From the IMG/VR virus record IMGVR_UViG_3300009034_000863: a stretch of 64,000 bases of DNA, one strand, 5' to 3'. This document shows, piece after piece, positions 19,686-29,431 of this stretch (its first letter is position 1; each line of letters begins with the position of its first letter). The position numbers and the translations under genes were made by a program. A model generated the notes under the pieces. That model saw only the letters and a list, made by a program, of their open reading frames with translations, did not search any database and had not been told where the DNA came from. Origin of the DNA: an uncultured virus (IMG/VR IMGVR_UViG_3300009034_000863). Taxonomy: Duplodnaviria; Heunggongvirae; Uroviricota; Caudoviricetes.

Positions 19686-20452
19686 ACTTTAAATTTCGAG
19701 ACTATGAGTTCTATCTTGACACTAAGAACATAAAGTTAGGAACACTTTTCATAGCAGTTTCTGGATCTCATCCTTACGGATGGGGTACTCCTAGAGCTGA
19801 CTTGGATATTAGGAAAGTATGGATTCCAGATATCAATCAAGCTCTTAGTATTGAGTACAGAGGAAATGTAAAGGAAACCAAGATGCCATTGGATGATGGT
19901 AGAGTGATTGATCTAGTAGATATTCCTCTGTATAGATTTCTAGGCACACTCTCAAGAAAAGGAAATGGAAACTATCTAGAGAATCTCTTTCAGGAAAAAC
20001 TCTGGTGTATGGATAAAGAAGTTAAAGAGGTTCAGGAGATAGTAATGAAGAATCTTCATACTGGATTTCTAGATCATTACTTAGGATACTATTACAAGTC
20101 TCTGAAACCTGATATGTTGAATCCTTCTAGATTAGTCAAATATGGACTGCAGAAATTGATACTTATGTCTTATAGAGTCCTAAGATCTGGTCTAATTCTT
20201 GGGGAGAAACGAGTAGTTGTCTATAATCTCTTAGAACAAGACAAATATATTGAAAGTAATATCTGTCTTCAAGTTCGTCAGGAATATCTAAATGGAAAAC
20301 CAACTCGCCCTAAACTCTTGTTAAAGGCTAAGAAAGAGCTTGATGAGCTTCATTTACTCTTGAAAGAAACAAAAAAGAATTGTGGATGGTATGAAGTCTT
20401 TCCAGATCATCTGTTTGATAGATGGCTCAAGAAATATTATATAGGTGAATAA
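19682..20452 (+). CDS. Pol-beta superfamily nucleotidyltransferase (YcgL/RlaP-like)
   Basis: VSGSHPYGWGTPRADLDIR, GNGNYLE. Confidence 0.8.
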   Translation: MNFKFRDYEFYLDTKNIKLGTLFIAVSGSHPYGWGTPRADLDIRKVWIPDINQALSIEYRGNVKETKMPLDDGRVIDLVDIPLYRFLGTLSRKGNGNYLENLFQEKLWCMDKEVKEVQEIVMKNLHTGFLDHYLGYYYKSLKPDMLNPSRLVKYGLQKLILMSYRVLRSGLILGEKRVVVYNLLEQDKYIESNICLQVRQEYLNGKPTRPKLLLKAKKELDELHLLLKETKKNCGWYEVFPDHLFDRWLKKYYIGE

Positions 20453-20629
20453 GATGCCTGAGGAAGAGAAAAGAGTTCAGACTACATTAAAGATTGCTGT
20501 CAGAGCCTCTATTACAGAGACAGAACAGTTAAAGGTTGACATTATTAGACTAGCAAAGAAAAGAAATATATTCATAACAGACACTGAAACTAAGAGAGGA
20601 TACAGGCGTCTTACTTAACTGGTGATAAG

Positions 20630-21016
20630 ATGTCATTGAGATTAGAACTTAAAACAGTTAATCCAGATACTATCTGGAATGCTAACCAGAACCACCCAGA
20701 ATATGTAGTTCAAGACATGAAAGAACTCTTTGATCTTTCTGAAGAACAAATTAAGTTAGTTAGAAGAGTACTCCTTTATCGAGGAGTAAACAAGTGGCTG
20801 TATTGTAGATACAAGTTCATTCAACTGAAACATGAAGTCAAGAATGAATTAGGAAAAGCAGAAGCAGGTTCACAGTTACAGAAAATCCTCAACTATTTAA
20901 ATATGAGAATGCAGAATATAGCTAAGACTCCTAGATGGGTTGAATGGGGTCCTCATATACATCACAAGATGGGGAAGAATATAGCTGAGGTCAAGATCAG
21001 AGGGAGACACTGCTAG
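20630..21016 (+). CDS. hypothetical protein
   Basis: 128 aa ORF, GGTGA SD. Confidence 0.65.
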   Translation: MSLRLELKTVNPDTIWNANQNHPEYVVQDMKELFDLSEEQIKLVRRVLLYRGVNKWLYCRYKFIQLKHEVKNELGKAEAGSQLQKILNYLNMRMQNIAKTPRWVEWGPHIHHKMGKNIAEVKIRGRHC

Positions 21017-21359
21017 AATGAAAGTTGATCATCATACACTTGGTCTTCTTTATAGTGTTGAAGACTACAGTATTATCTTTGAATCATTATCGACTGATGA
21101 GAAGTCATTAGTAATAACTACAAATTTCTACAATGTCCTAAAGAGTAAACTGAAGACTGTACATCAAGTGAAAATCTGAGGGAATTCAGATGAGTCAAGA
21201 AAAAGCGAGATTTCTTGTTGCCTTTGTCTTGGAAAAAGAAGGTTCTAATCTAGACGAAGAAACAGTTGAAACTGCTGTAGAGGCTTGTGTTGACTGGGAA
21301 CTTTCAGACGATGAACATAAAGCTGAAGTCAAACATTTAACGGTTAAAGAGATGGAATA

Positions 21360-21617
21360 ATGAAATGTACTCATTGTGGCTGTACGGAATTTGAGTACAC
21401 TAATTGGTATGACAAGAAGACTGGAAAGATAATTTACAGATGTGTAGATTGTAACCATCTGTATATTACTGAAGAGACGCTTGTAGATGTTACTCTGAGG
21501 AATGATATAGGGAAAATTCTTCAGGGAATAGATATGGAAGCAAGCATTGCTCGAATAGAGAAAGAATATGGTCCTTTAGATCAAGCTAAGAAAAGACTGG
21601 AGAAAGAAGGGATTTGA
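21360..21617 (+). CDS. Zn-ribbon protein
   Basis: CTHC...CVDC. Confidence 0.65.
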   Translation: MKCTHCGCTEFEYTNWYDKKTGKIIYRCVDCNHLYITEETLVDVTLRNDIGKILQGIDMEASIARIEKEYGPLDQAKKRLEKEGI

Positions 21618-21804
21618 GTAAAGAACTGACCGAGAATGAAAGGTTGACTCGGTTAAGATGGATAGAAGCTAAATTTCTGACTAAATGTAAGGGATGTCAT
21701 TATAGCGTCTATCTTGGAGACGAGTTTGATTACGAGATGTGTCTTGAACTTAATGATTCTGAAATACCTTCATGGTGTCCTCTGAATCGGAAGTGGTGAT
21801 ATAG

Positions 21805-22107
21805 ATGAGTCTGAAACTAGTGGCTAAAACAATTCTAATAACAATGTGTGGAGCAGTATCAGTAGCTCTATTGTGGGCATTTTATGTCCTACTTGTTATA
21901 CAAGCTGCTATAAGCATAGAACTTATTGACAAAATTGCTAGTGAAGGTACGCTTCATCCTTATTCAAGTGTTTTTACTTTTGTTGTAATGGTAATTGGCT
22001 TGGTATATATCCTGTTCGCTTTTGTAGTCTGGACAGCCAATATCCTTATTTTAGTGAGAACAATTATTCATGGTCAGGAGAAATCAAGATGTCATCAGAG
22101 AAGATAA
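21805..22107 (+). CDS. membrane protein
   Basis: Two long hydrophobic segments. Confidence 0.6.
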   Translation: MSLKLVAKTILITMCGAVSVALLWAFYVLLVIQAAISIELIDKIASEGTLHPYSSVFTFVVMVIGLVYILFAFVVWTANILILVRTIIHGQEKSRCHQRR

Positions 22108-22775
22108 AAGAAAAAGACTTTGTACTGATCAATTACACTGGGAAAGTGAAAGAGACAGATGAAATCATAGACAGCAACATCCCAGAAGTAATTGAAGAGA
22201 ACAAGCTAGGATCTATTCCTGGTCCAAGGCTTCTTATCGTTGGTGAAAACTGGATGATAGAAGCTATAGATCAATTTCTGGTCGGTAAAGAACCAGGAGA
22301 ATTCTCTGCTGAAATTCCTCCAGAAAGAGGATTTGGTATGAGAGATCCAAATAAAGTGTCTGTAGTACCTCAAAGGAGAATGACTAAACAAGGTATGACT
22401 CCAATGATAGGAGCTAGTCTCTCTTTAGATGGAAGAATGGGTAAGATCAGGTCAATAGAATCTGGAAGAGTTACTATTGATTTCAACCATCCTCTAGCAG
22501 GAAAGACAATAATTTATGACATTGATATATTGAAAATAATCACAGAATTGGAAGAAAGAATTCTAGCTTTAATGACAAGAAGGATTACTGATGTAGAAGA
22601 AGATCTCTATAAACTAGAATTTGATGAAGAGAACAATCTGACTATTCACTTTCCTGAGGAAGCATTTTATCTTCAAGGTGTACAGTTGAATAAGAGAGGA
22701 ATAGCTTCTGATATTAGAAGATTTATTCCTGAAATCAAGAAGATAATTTATACTGAAGATTTCTCAGAGATGTAA
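22089..22775 (+). CDS. FKBP-type peptidyl-prolyl isomerase (archaeal long-type, SlyD-like)
   Basis: FVLINYTGK, IPPERGFG, VTIDFNHPLAGKTI, plus C-terminal extension. Confidence 0.9.
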   Translation: MSSEKIKEKDFVLINYTGKVKETDEIIDSNIPEVIEENKLGSIPGPRLLIVGENWMIEAIDQFLVGKEPGEFSAEIPPERGFGMRDPNKVSVVPQRRMTKQGMTPMIGASLSLDGRMGKIRSIESGRVTIDFNHPLAGKTIIYDIDILKIITELEERILALMTRRITDVEEDLYKLEFDEENNLTIHFPEEAFYLQGVQLNKRGIASDIRRFIPEIKKIIYTEDFSEM

Positions 22776-22778
22776 TCA

Positions 22779-23045
22779 TTGAATATTCCTAAAGGATTTG
22801 TTTTAATAGCTTGTGTAGAGTGCAAAAAGGAATTCATCTGTAGAGGACTTTGTAGTGGTTATGTAGAGGACCCTAGTAAAAGCTGTTGTGAATGTCTTAA
22901 GTGTGCATATGAAACACTAGACATTAAGATTGGAAGTAAAGAAGAGAAACAGTATCTGAAAGAAAATCTTACTTGTTTCGGTAATCTTACTTATCTAGAA
23001 ATAATGTTGGTAAATCCAGATGAGAAGTGGAGACAGATATTTTGA
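22779..23045 (+). CDS. multi-Cys family protein with WxQ tag
   Basis: CxxC-F-x-C-x-G-x-C...CxCxxC...CF; EKWRQIF. Confidence 0.7.
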   Translation: MNIPKGFVLIACVECKKEFICRGLCSGYVEDPSKSCCECLKCAYETLDIKIGSKEEKQYLKENLTCFGNLTYLEIMLVNPDEKWRQIF

Positions 23046-23305
23046 CACTTAAAAATGTCTGTAGAAAATGTGGTGTGAAATATATCTGTAATGGAGATCA
23101 ACATGCGTTTTGCCATAGGGGTAAATGTGTTTGTTTAAAGTGTTAGGCACAAAGATCAGCTCGACTAACTATGAGGAAATATGAGTACGAGTTAGAAAAA
23201 CGCTTTAGAGAACTTTCAAGTAAAGACAACTGTTTTGAGGGAATGTCTCCTAGCGATATTTTTTCAGATGAGCCTCTTATAGAGAAATGGAGGCAGTTGC
23301 TTTGA
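23042..23305 (+). pseudogene. multi-Cys family member with in-frame TAG (23144-23146)
   Basis: Frame continues after TAG to CF...EKWRQLL. Confidence 0.65.
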
Positions 23306-23556
23306 CAGTAACTATTAAGACTTGTCATGACTGTAGAAGACAATTTGTCTGTCGAGGAGGTCTTAAGAAGTGTGTTGCTCTCAATCTTTCATGTCGCTGT
23401 CATGAATGTAAGTTCAAAGATCTAAAGAAAACAGAAAATATTGGAAATCTTACATTAGAAAGTTGGACAGTTACTTTTGCTTGTTATCAAGGTATGAGGG
23501 ACCCCTTCAATATAAAAGAAGATGGAGTTAGAGACAAGTGGAGACAAATGATATAA
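23302..23556 (+). CDS. multi-Cys family protein with WxQ tag
   Basis: CHDCRRQFVCRG...CRCHEC...CY; DKWRQMI. Confidence 0.7.
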   Translation: MTVTIKTCHDCRRQFVCRGGLKKCVALNLSCRCHECKFKDLKKTENIGNLTLESWTVTFACYQGMRDPFNIKEDGVRDKWRQMI

Positions 23557-23786
23557 TTGGTATGGTACTACCATGCTTTCACTGTGGTAAGAATTTCAAG
23601 TGTACAGGTTGTCAGGTAGAGGACAAGTCTCTATGTATTTGTCCCACATGCTTACAAGAATTTGATATCTGCGTCATGGGTAATCCTCCAGAAAAGATAG
23701 AGAAGATACTTGCAGAGACTCCTTGTTTCAGTGGTGTTGACGATCCGTTTCTAGGTGAAAGAGACAAGTGGAGTCAGAGAATTTGA
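23538..23786 (+). CDS. multi-Cys family protein with WxQ tag
   Basis: CFHCGKNFKCTGC...CICPTC...CF; DKWSQRI. Confidence 0.7.
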   Translation: METNDIIGMVLPCFHCGKNFKCTGCQVEDKSLCICPTCLQEFDICVMGNPPEKIEKILAETPCFSGVDDPFLGERDKWSQRI

Positions 23787-24025
23787 AGAATAAATGTCAA
23801 TCATGCAATAGGACATTCTTTTGTAGAGGAGAATTGTACGACTGTCCAAAAAAGGAATGCTACTGTCAAATTTGTATGGCAAGTACACTTGAACAGACAT
23901 TAGTTCATCTTCATAAAGGAGAGGTAGATTATGAGAATGGATGCTATTATCATATGACTCTTCAAGAAATATTTCCAGACATTCATATCATAGAGGATGA
24001 GAAATGGAGTCAAGTGATAATATGA
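23768..24025 (+). CDS. multi-Cys family protein with WxQ tag
   Basis: CQSCNRTFFCRG...CYCQIC...CY; EKWSQ. Confidence 0.7.
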   Translation: MESENLKNKCQSCNRTFFCRGELYDCPKKECYCQICMASTLEQTLVHLHKGEVDYENGCYYHMTLQEIFPDIHIIEDEKWSQVII

Positions 24026-24249
24026 TAAAGACTTGTTTTAAATGTGACGAGAAGTTCAGGTGTAATGGGTGTCTAGATAGCAAGGCGATTAAGTGCATGT
24101 GTCCTGACTGTCTTTACCGTTCGTATTCAAGAAATTGTAAGAAAATAGAAATATCTCCTGAAGGATTCAGTCAATATATTCCTAAACATAAATGCTGGAG
24201 AGGGATAATTGGGAGAAAAGACAAATGGCACCATCTAGTTTCCTTATAA
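24022..24249 (+). CDS. multi-Cys family protein with WxH tag
   Basis: CFKCDEKFRCNGC...CMCPDC...CW; DKWHH. Confidence 0.7.
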   Translation: MIKTCFKCDEKFRCNGCLDSKAIKCMCPDCLYRSYSRNCKKIEISPEGFSQYIPKHKCWRGIIGRKDKWHHLVSL

Positions 24250-24473
24250 AAAAATGCCATCGTTGTAAAAGACCATTCTTCTGTAATGCCAATAATAAAA
24301 TCTGTACTATGGTAAAAAGTAAACACTGTGCATGTGCTGAATGTTGTTATCCATTATCTGACAAGGAACAACGATTGGAAATGATTGGGAACTCAAGCTG
24401 TTGGAAAGGAGTTGAAAAGTTATATCCTGAGCTTGGTAAGTGGCGACAGGAGTATGAAATAGAAGGAAGCTAG
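24192..24473 (+). CDS. multi-Cys family protein with WxQ tag
   Basis: CHRCKRPFFCN...CACAEC...CW; GKWRQ. Confidence 0.7.
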   Translation: MLERDNWEKRQMAPSSFLIKKCHRCKRPFFCNANNKICTMVKSKHCACAECCYPLSDKEQRLEMIGNSSCWKGVEKLYPELGKWRQEYEIEGS

Positions 24474-24477
24474 TAAA

Positions 24478-24963
24478 TTGGTAATGCTCAAGGTGTGCTT
24501 CAGTTGTCAGTTAGAATTTGTATGTACTGGGGACGATGGAGAACCTCCATGCAGTCCAAATAGACATTGTGCATGTCCAGCATGTACCATAACAGAAACT
24601 AATGAATTTCCATTTGGTGCCCCAGATGCTGACTTTGAAGAATGTTGGGCAGGCATCAATAAGCCGTACGATACAGATTTATGGTTATATCAGGAGAAAA
24701 CAGAAATGGCAAGAATGTATTGTAAGAACCACAATGATAAAGTAGTAAAACAGAAAAAGACCAAAAAGAGATTTAAATTGTGTGCAAATAGATTCCCTGA
24801 AGGAGCTTCCTGTGAAGAATGTAAGAACTGGGTACCACAATTTCCATGTGCCAAGAATGAGGAAATAGCAAGACACAAGGTTAAGAAACGTCTGATTACT
24901 GTAGCAATGATTGAAAAGTTTAGAGAAAGTGGTCAGATGTTTGATACACCACAAGGGGAATAA
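24478..24963 (+). CDS. multi-Cys family domain fused to a second Cys domain
   Basis: CFSCQLEFVCTG...CACPAC...CW then YCK...CEEC. Confidence 0.65.
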   Translation: MVMLKVCFSCQLEFVCTGDDGEPPCSPNRHCACPACTITETNEFPFGAPDADFEECWAGINKPYDTDLWLYQEKTEMARMYCKNHNDKVVKQKKTKKRFKLCANRFPEGASCEECKNWVPQFPCAKNEEIARHKVKKRLITVAMIEKFRESGQMFDTPQGE

Positions 24964-24966
24964 GAA

Positions 24967-25203
24967 TTGACCAAGAAAAAAACAATAGAAGAAGAGAATG
25001 AATTAGATCTAGTCTATGTTAGATCAGTCCCATGTCAACAGATGGAAACTTGGAGAGATGAAACCCATCAACTTGTTCATATCACTTGTAAAAGAGACAA
25101 TTCTAGTGTAGAGAATCCAAGACAGGATATTTATTTTTCGATGGTTCAATATATTCCAGAAAAATGTCTTGTTTGTGAACATTATAAACCAAAAGAGGAA
25201 TAA
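24967..25203 (+). CDS. Cys-containing hypothetical protein
   Basis: ORF. Confidence 0.55.
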   Translation: MTKKKTIEEENELDLVYVRSVPCQQMETWRDETHQLVHITCKRDNSSVENPRQDIYFSMVQYIPEKCLVCEHYKPKEE

Positions 25204-25205
25204 TC

Positions 25206-25937
25206 TTGCCAAAAAAGAAACCAGATAAAGAAAAGAAGAAAAGAAAAGAAAAAGAGAAATCAAAAGGAGTAGAAGTAGTGGTAGTCTCAAGTACCCCAGA
25301 AAAAAAGGAAGAAGAAAAGGTAGAGGAGGAACAGAAAGACGAACAAGGAGAATATGAACCGAATGTCACTGGACGGGTCAAGGTCGTAGCTAAATCCCAA
25401 GAAGTAATAGATAAGAACCCAGGTCTAACTCTGTTTGCTTCGATGCTAGACGATTTTGTTATTGAAAGTATTACAGACATCCATATCATATTGGCTGATC
25501 ATCGACCACTGAAGCATCAGGATGTCAAAGCTATAATTGAAGAGTATGATGATCCGAATACTGTTCTCGTTATAGTAATTGACAGCTGCCCAAAGGCGAT
25601 AAGATCATGCTTCCAAGAAGGGGAACTTAAGTCAGTGTCAACTATGACTGGAAAGATAACTTTGACTGATGAACAGAAAAAGGGTTGGGAAATTAGATCA
25701 GAGAACGGAGTAAATCAAATGAAGTACAATGTTGTAGTTGATACAGCTGGTAGTGAACTAGCTCTGATAGAAGATGATGCAAGTGTAATATGGATACTAT
25801 TTCCTATTACTGCAAGTGTAAAGGACATGGACAATCTAATTTCATTCATCTTCATTGACAACTTCTATGTTATAGTCAGTTCTGAGTACTCTGGTATAGA
25901 TATGCAGGATGTTGAAGTAACAGGAGAGAGTGCATAG
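25206..25937 (+). CDS. stand-alone paralog of the N-terminal domain of the E2-like protein
   Basis: KITLTDEQ...ELALIEDDASVIWILFPI vs KIGLTPWQ...GLALYKDNNIWILFDI. Confidence 0.6.
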   Translation: MPKKKPDKEKKKRKEKEKSKGVEVVVVSSTPEKKEEEKVEEEQKDEQGEYEPNVTGRVKVVAKSQEVIDKNPGLTLFASMLDDFVIESITDIHIILADHRPLKHQDVKAIIEEYDDPNTVLVIVIDSCPKAIRSCFQEGELKSVSTMTGKITLTDEQKKGWEIRSENGVNQMKYNVVVDTAGSELALIEDDASVIWILFPITASVKDMDNLISFIFIDNFYVIVSSEYSGIDMQDVEVTGESA

Positions 25938-25985
25938 TTCCTATATAACATAGGACACCAAAATCAGTAATTAGTAGCAAGGGAG

Positions 25986-26417
25986 GTGATAGAGCATATG
26001 GCAACAACTATTGCTAATCAAGTAGCAACATTGGTTAGAGGGATCGATGGTGATATAGCCAAAGCCAGAAAAATCGTTTCTGATCGTTGTAACAAAGTAG
26101 CTACACTTGTAAAGTGTACATCTACCGACTGCAATAAATGTCCATTGCTGGAAATCATGAGAGCTTTTGACAAAAGGCAAGCTGCAACTGTAGTCATGAA
26201 TAGATACAGAAATAATTTGGAAAAAGAACAGGCAGCTGCAAAAGCGAAAGCGAAAACACATGCAGGAAAAGAGAAGAGTTGTTTCAGAGACTACGCTAAA
26301 TGCCAAGTGACCGATAGAGGATGCAACCGATGTACAGACCAAGATCGATGTATATTCTGGACAGCCAGGCGGAAACATAAGTGGGGAGAAGAAGTTCCAG
26401 CAAAGAGACGATACTGA
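25986..26417 (+). CDS. Cys-rich hypothetical protein
   Basis: CxxxxCxxC clusters, GGAGG SD. Confidence 0.6.
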   Translation: MIEHMATTIANQVATLVRGIDGDIAKARKIVSDRCNKVATLVKCTSTDCNKCPLLEIMRAFDKRQAATVVMNRYRNNLEKEQAAAKAKAKTHAGKEKSCFRDYAKCQVTDRGCNRCTDQDRCIFWTARRKHKWGEEVPAKRRY

Positions 26418-26451
26418 GAAGGGGACATCTCTCCTCCCCTTTCTCCCTTTT
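26416..26451 (+). terminator. hairpin plus pyrimidine tract
   Basis: GAGAAGGGGA / TCCCCTTTCTC, then CCCTTTT. Confidence 0.45.
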
Positions 26452-26576
26452 ATCTAGGAAACCTAGTCATCCTAGATTGGCAGCTAAAGTCCTTCTGGTT
26501 CAGGACTTCTAACTGTCCTAGTGATGGAAAAGAAAGGAACGAAAAAGGACCAAAAACAAATTGGGAGTAAAATAAC

Positions 26577-26798
26577 TTGCCTAGCGGTATATCCGTTAAG
26601 ATCGCAAGGATGGGGCAGCAGTTCAAGGAATATGCCCTTCCCCGAGGTGCCACTGTTGCAGATGCTCTAGAGGCAGCCAATATCAAATTGGCATCTGGAG
26701 ACACTGTGGCGGTGAACGGCGGAGAAGTTAACACATCCAAACGACTTGCAGGCGGAGACAGGGTCTTTGTGGTCCCTGCAGCTGAAGGAGGCATATAG
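26577..26798 (+). CDS. ubiquitin-like (ThiS/MoaD/SAMP-type) modifier precursor ending GG-I
   Basis: ATVADAL...VAVNG...LAGGDRVFVVPAAEGGI. Confidence 0.85.
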   Translation: MPSGISVKIARMGQQFKEYALPRGATVADALEAANIKLASGDTVAVNGGEVNTSKRLAGGDRVFVVPAAEGGI

Positions 26799-26886
26799 CC
26801 TTCCAGCTGATCGACTGATAACGCCCCCCATTTCCCTATTTTTTTAACCTAGAAAGAAAGGAAAAAAAAACTATGGAGGTACAAGT

Positions 26887-28050
26887 TTGGGAAGAAAATG
26901 TCAAGTGAAACGAGGGAAGATTGAGAGCAGTGGTATCAATGATGCTTTGTTGAGAGAGGTAACAGAGGTATTCTCTAGAATACAGGGAGTAAAAGAAGTT
27001 ACTTTTACTCAGACACACTCGAAACCAACACCACTAGTGAAAGACTTGAAGGAAGGCTTAGTCGTCAACCTTTGGTCCGTTCCAAGTACTGTCAAAGACC
27101 CAGGATCTCTACATGAGTCCTTATACGAGAAAGGAATCTCTATTGTCAAGGGGAGAAAGATCGGTCTTACTCCTTGGCAAGGCGATGTCTATGACTTCAA
27201 GAAGAAAGTGCCAAAAGGATTTACAGTGATTAAGGACTTGAATAAGAGAGGACTGGCTCTATACAAGGACAACAACATTTGGATACTATTTGACATAGCT
27301 GATTCTAGAGACCACAAGTTAGCAGAGATTGAGGACGTACTGACATACATTATCAACCAAGCTGGATTTGAAATTAGACCTTGGGACCTTGAAGACGAAA
27401 AAGAACATCTCCAGAAGTTGTACGGTCAATTCCTGAAGCGTCAGGTAGACCAGTTAAAACAGAAGGCAGACAAAACCAAGAGGGACTTTGAAGCGGCAGA
27501 AAGGACATATCTTCAGAGATTGAGTAATATGATTTCTGAAGATAGGATGGTGGGAGCAACGCTGGACAAATTGGCAGACATGAAAGGTTCCACTGAGGAC
27601 ATGTGGAACAAGATAGTTGAAGTTAAGGAGATCAAGAAGATAAACTTGGTTAATCTTGACCAACTAGAATGTCTAACACATGATATAATGATGGGTCCTT
27701 TCAACATAGGCTCTTTCAAGATAACATTGGCAAACACTGGTCTAAGGATTCGATCGAACATTGTAAAATCTGGACACCAACACCCACATGTTTCTGGGGA
27801 AGGAGTTCCCTGTCTAGGAAACGCTGGAGATCTAATGAAACATTTCTATTCTGGAGAATGGGATGTAACATTGCTGACTTTGATAAAGTTCCTAAAGTCG
27901 TACAATGGTGCAAGTCCACACACAAGGATAGACGAGTTCCTCAAGAAAATCTCTAAAGAAGAAGCTCAGAAATACAAAGATCTTCTTGTAGAAAAGAAGA
28001 AAACTGGCATAAGGAGAATCCTCAGTACAGGACAGGTGAAGTTCAGTTGA
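26887..28050 (+). CDS. prokaryotic E2-like conjugating enzyme with N-terminal domain and coiled coil
   Basis: HPHVSGEGVPCLGN matches the E2 HPN/HPH...C signature; lies between Ubl and JAB. Confidence 0.7.
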   Translation: MGRKCQVKRGKIESSGINDALLREVTEVFSRIQGVKEVTFTQTHSKPTPLVKDLKEGLVVNLWSVPSTVKDPGSLHESLYEKGISIVKGRKIGLTPWQGDVYDFKKKVPKGFTVIKDLNKRGLALYKDNNIWILFDIADSRDHKLAEIEDVLTYIINQAGFEIRPWDLEDEKEHLQKLYGQFLKRQVDQLKQKADKTKRDFEAAERTYLQRLSNMISEDRMVGATLDKLADMKGSTEDMWNKIVEVKEIKKINLVNLDQLECLTHDIMMGPFNIGSFKITLANTGLRIRSNIVKSGHQHPHVSGEGVPCLGNAGDLMKHFYSGEWDVTLLTLIKFLKSYNGASPHTRIDEFLKKISKEEAQKYKDLLVEKKKTGIRRILSTGQVKFS

Positions 28051-29012
28051 CAAATGAATTTGCAGTGAAAGTACCTAAGATTATAATAGAGCTACAGACA
28101 TATCTGAAGATGAAGTGGTTTAAGAATCACTTTAACCAAGAGATCTTTGCTGTCTTAGTAGTCGAAGAACAAGATGATACGCTATTTGTCTCTAACATGC
28201 TGTTTCCTGAACAAAGTGTTTCAGGAGGACATTGTAAACCTACAGCAGCTGGACTGGCTAAGATTCTAGAAGAGATGGAAGAGCCTGAATTAGCTAGAGG
28301 CTGGTTCCACACTCATGGATCTATGGGTCTATTCTTTTCAGGAACCGATACTACAACGATAGCCAAGTGGGGAGAAGGTGCTCCATACCTTCTCTCTATT
28401 GTTGGTGCTCAAAGTGGAATCAAAGCTAGACTGGATATATTCTCTCCATTTCCAATGACGTTCGATGATGTGGAGCTAGAAGTGGAGATTACTGGCAACT
28501 CAGTGGACGATGAATGCAAGACTATAATAGAGAAGAAAGTACAAAAGACTCTTGCTACCAGAGTAAAAGGTGTTGGGCGAAGAAGAAGGACTGGACCTAT
28601 TGTTGAATCTATTGACACCACTACTGGAAAAAGGAGTGGCTTTAAGGATTGTCCTCATGATAATCCACAAGAAGACTGCAACCTCAAGAACTATACCCAA
28701 TGTTGCTTTGTAAACAAGAAATGTCCTTTCATGTCGGACAAGGCTCAGCAATTGAGTGGGACAGACAATCTCAACCAGAAAGAATTTCTTGAACTCAAGG
28801 AAACCTTTGCAGAGTGTCCCTATCCAGATCCTGATGTTTGCATGGCTAAGGACTATGCACAATGTGAGTTCTATAATCCTCAATGTCCACACTACAACCA
28901 AGTGCAAATTCCAAATGCTAGTATTAGAGCAAGACTACATGTTTTTGGTTCAGTCTTTATGTTTGCTCATGGAGAATGGACCAAGAAACTAGAAGGAGTA
29001 TATAACACATGA
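28047..29012 (+). CDS. JAB/MPN+ (JAMM) metallopeptidase with C-terminal Cys-rich repeats
   Basis: E...GWFHTHGSMGLFFSGTD (HxH...S..D). Confidence 0.85.
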   Translation: MTNEFAVKVPKIIIELQTYLKMKWFKNHFNQEIFAVLVVEEQDDTLFVSNMLFPEQSVSGGHCKPTAAGLAKILEEMEEPELARGWFHTHGSMGLFFSGTDTTTIAKWGEGAPYLLSIVGAQSGIKARLDIFSPFPMTFDDVELEVEITGNSVDDECKTIIEKKVQKTLATRVKGVGRRRRTGPIVESIDTTTGKRSGFKDCPHDNPQEDCNLKNYTQCCFVNKKCPFMSDKAQQLSGTDNLNQKEFLELKETFAECPYPDPDVCMAKDYAQCEFYNPQCPHYNQVQIPNASIRARLHVFGSVFMFAHGEWTKKLEGVYNT

Positions 29013-29431
29013 TAGACAACCAATTCAAGCGACTACCAGAGTTCATCATTGAACCCACCACTGACCCCTCCTTTTATTCCCTTATTTGTCCAAGATGTAG
29101 AAATAAACGAGTTAGAAAGATCCATGTTCTACTTCCTGACATTTTGACTTGTGGGAAGTGTGAAGGTCAAGGTTATTATCCTGGAGCTTTCAATCCTACT
29201 TTTCCACTGAATAGCAAGGTGAAATTGAAGATAGATTTTAATCTTGGTCGTAGAATGGTTAAGAAAGGTACTAAGGTTAAGGTAGTTGAAAGTGGGTATT
29301 TCAAACCCAAGAAACCTAATAAGAAAGAAGAAGTTTGTTTCGTTCAAGACAATAAAGGTGAAGGATGGACAATGTATGCTAGAGATCTAGTACTTGTCAA
29401 TCCTAATGAAAGATGGAAGCAGATATTATGA
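29009..29431 (+). CDS. Zn-ribbon plus SH3-like protein with WxQ tag
   Basis: CPRC...CGKC, FPLNSKV; ERWKQIL. Confidence 0.7.
   Translation: MIDNQFKRLPEFIIEPTTDPSFYSLICPRCRNKRVRKIHVLLPDILTCGKCEGQGYYPGAFNPTFPLNSKVKLKIDFNLGRRMVKKGTKVKVVESGYFKPKKPNKKEEVCFVQDNKGEGWTMYARDLVLVNPNERWKQIL

Noticed and set aside
26466..26526. Fourth BHB (CTAG/CTAG helix with ATT bulge)
   Set aside because: The second bulge is only 1 nt, so it is kept merely as a structured spacer
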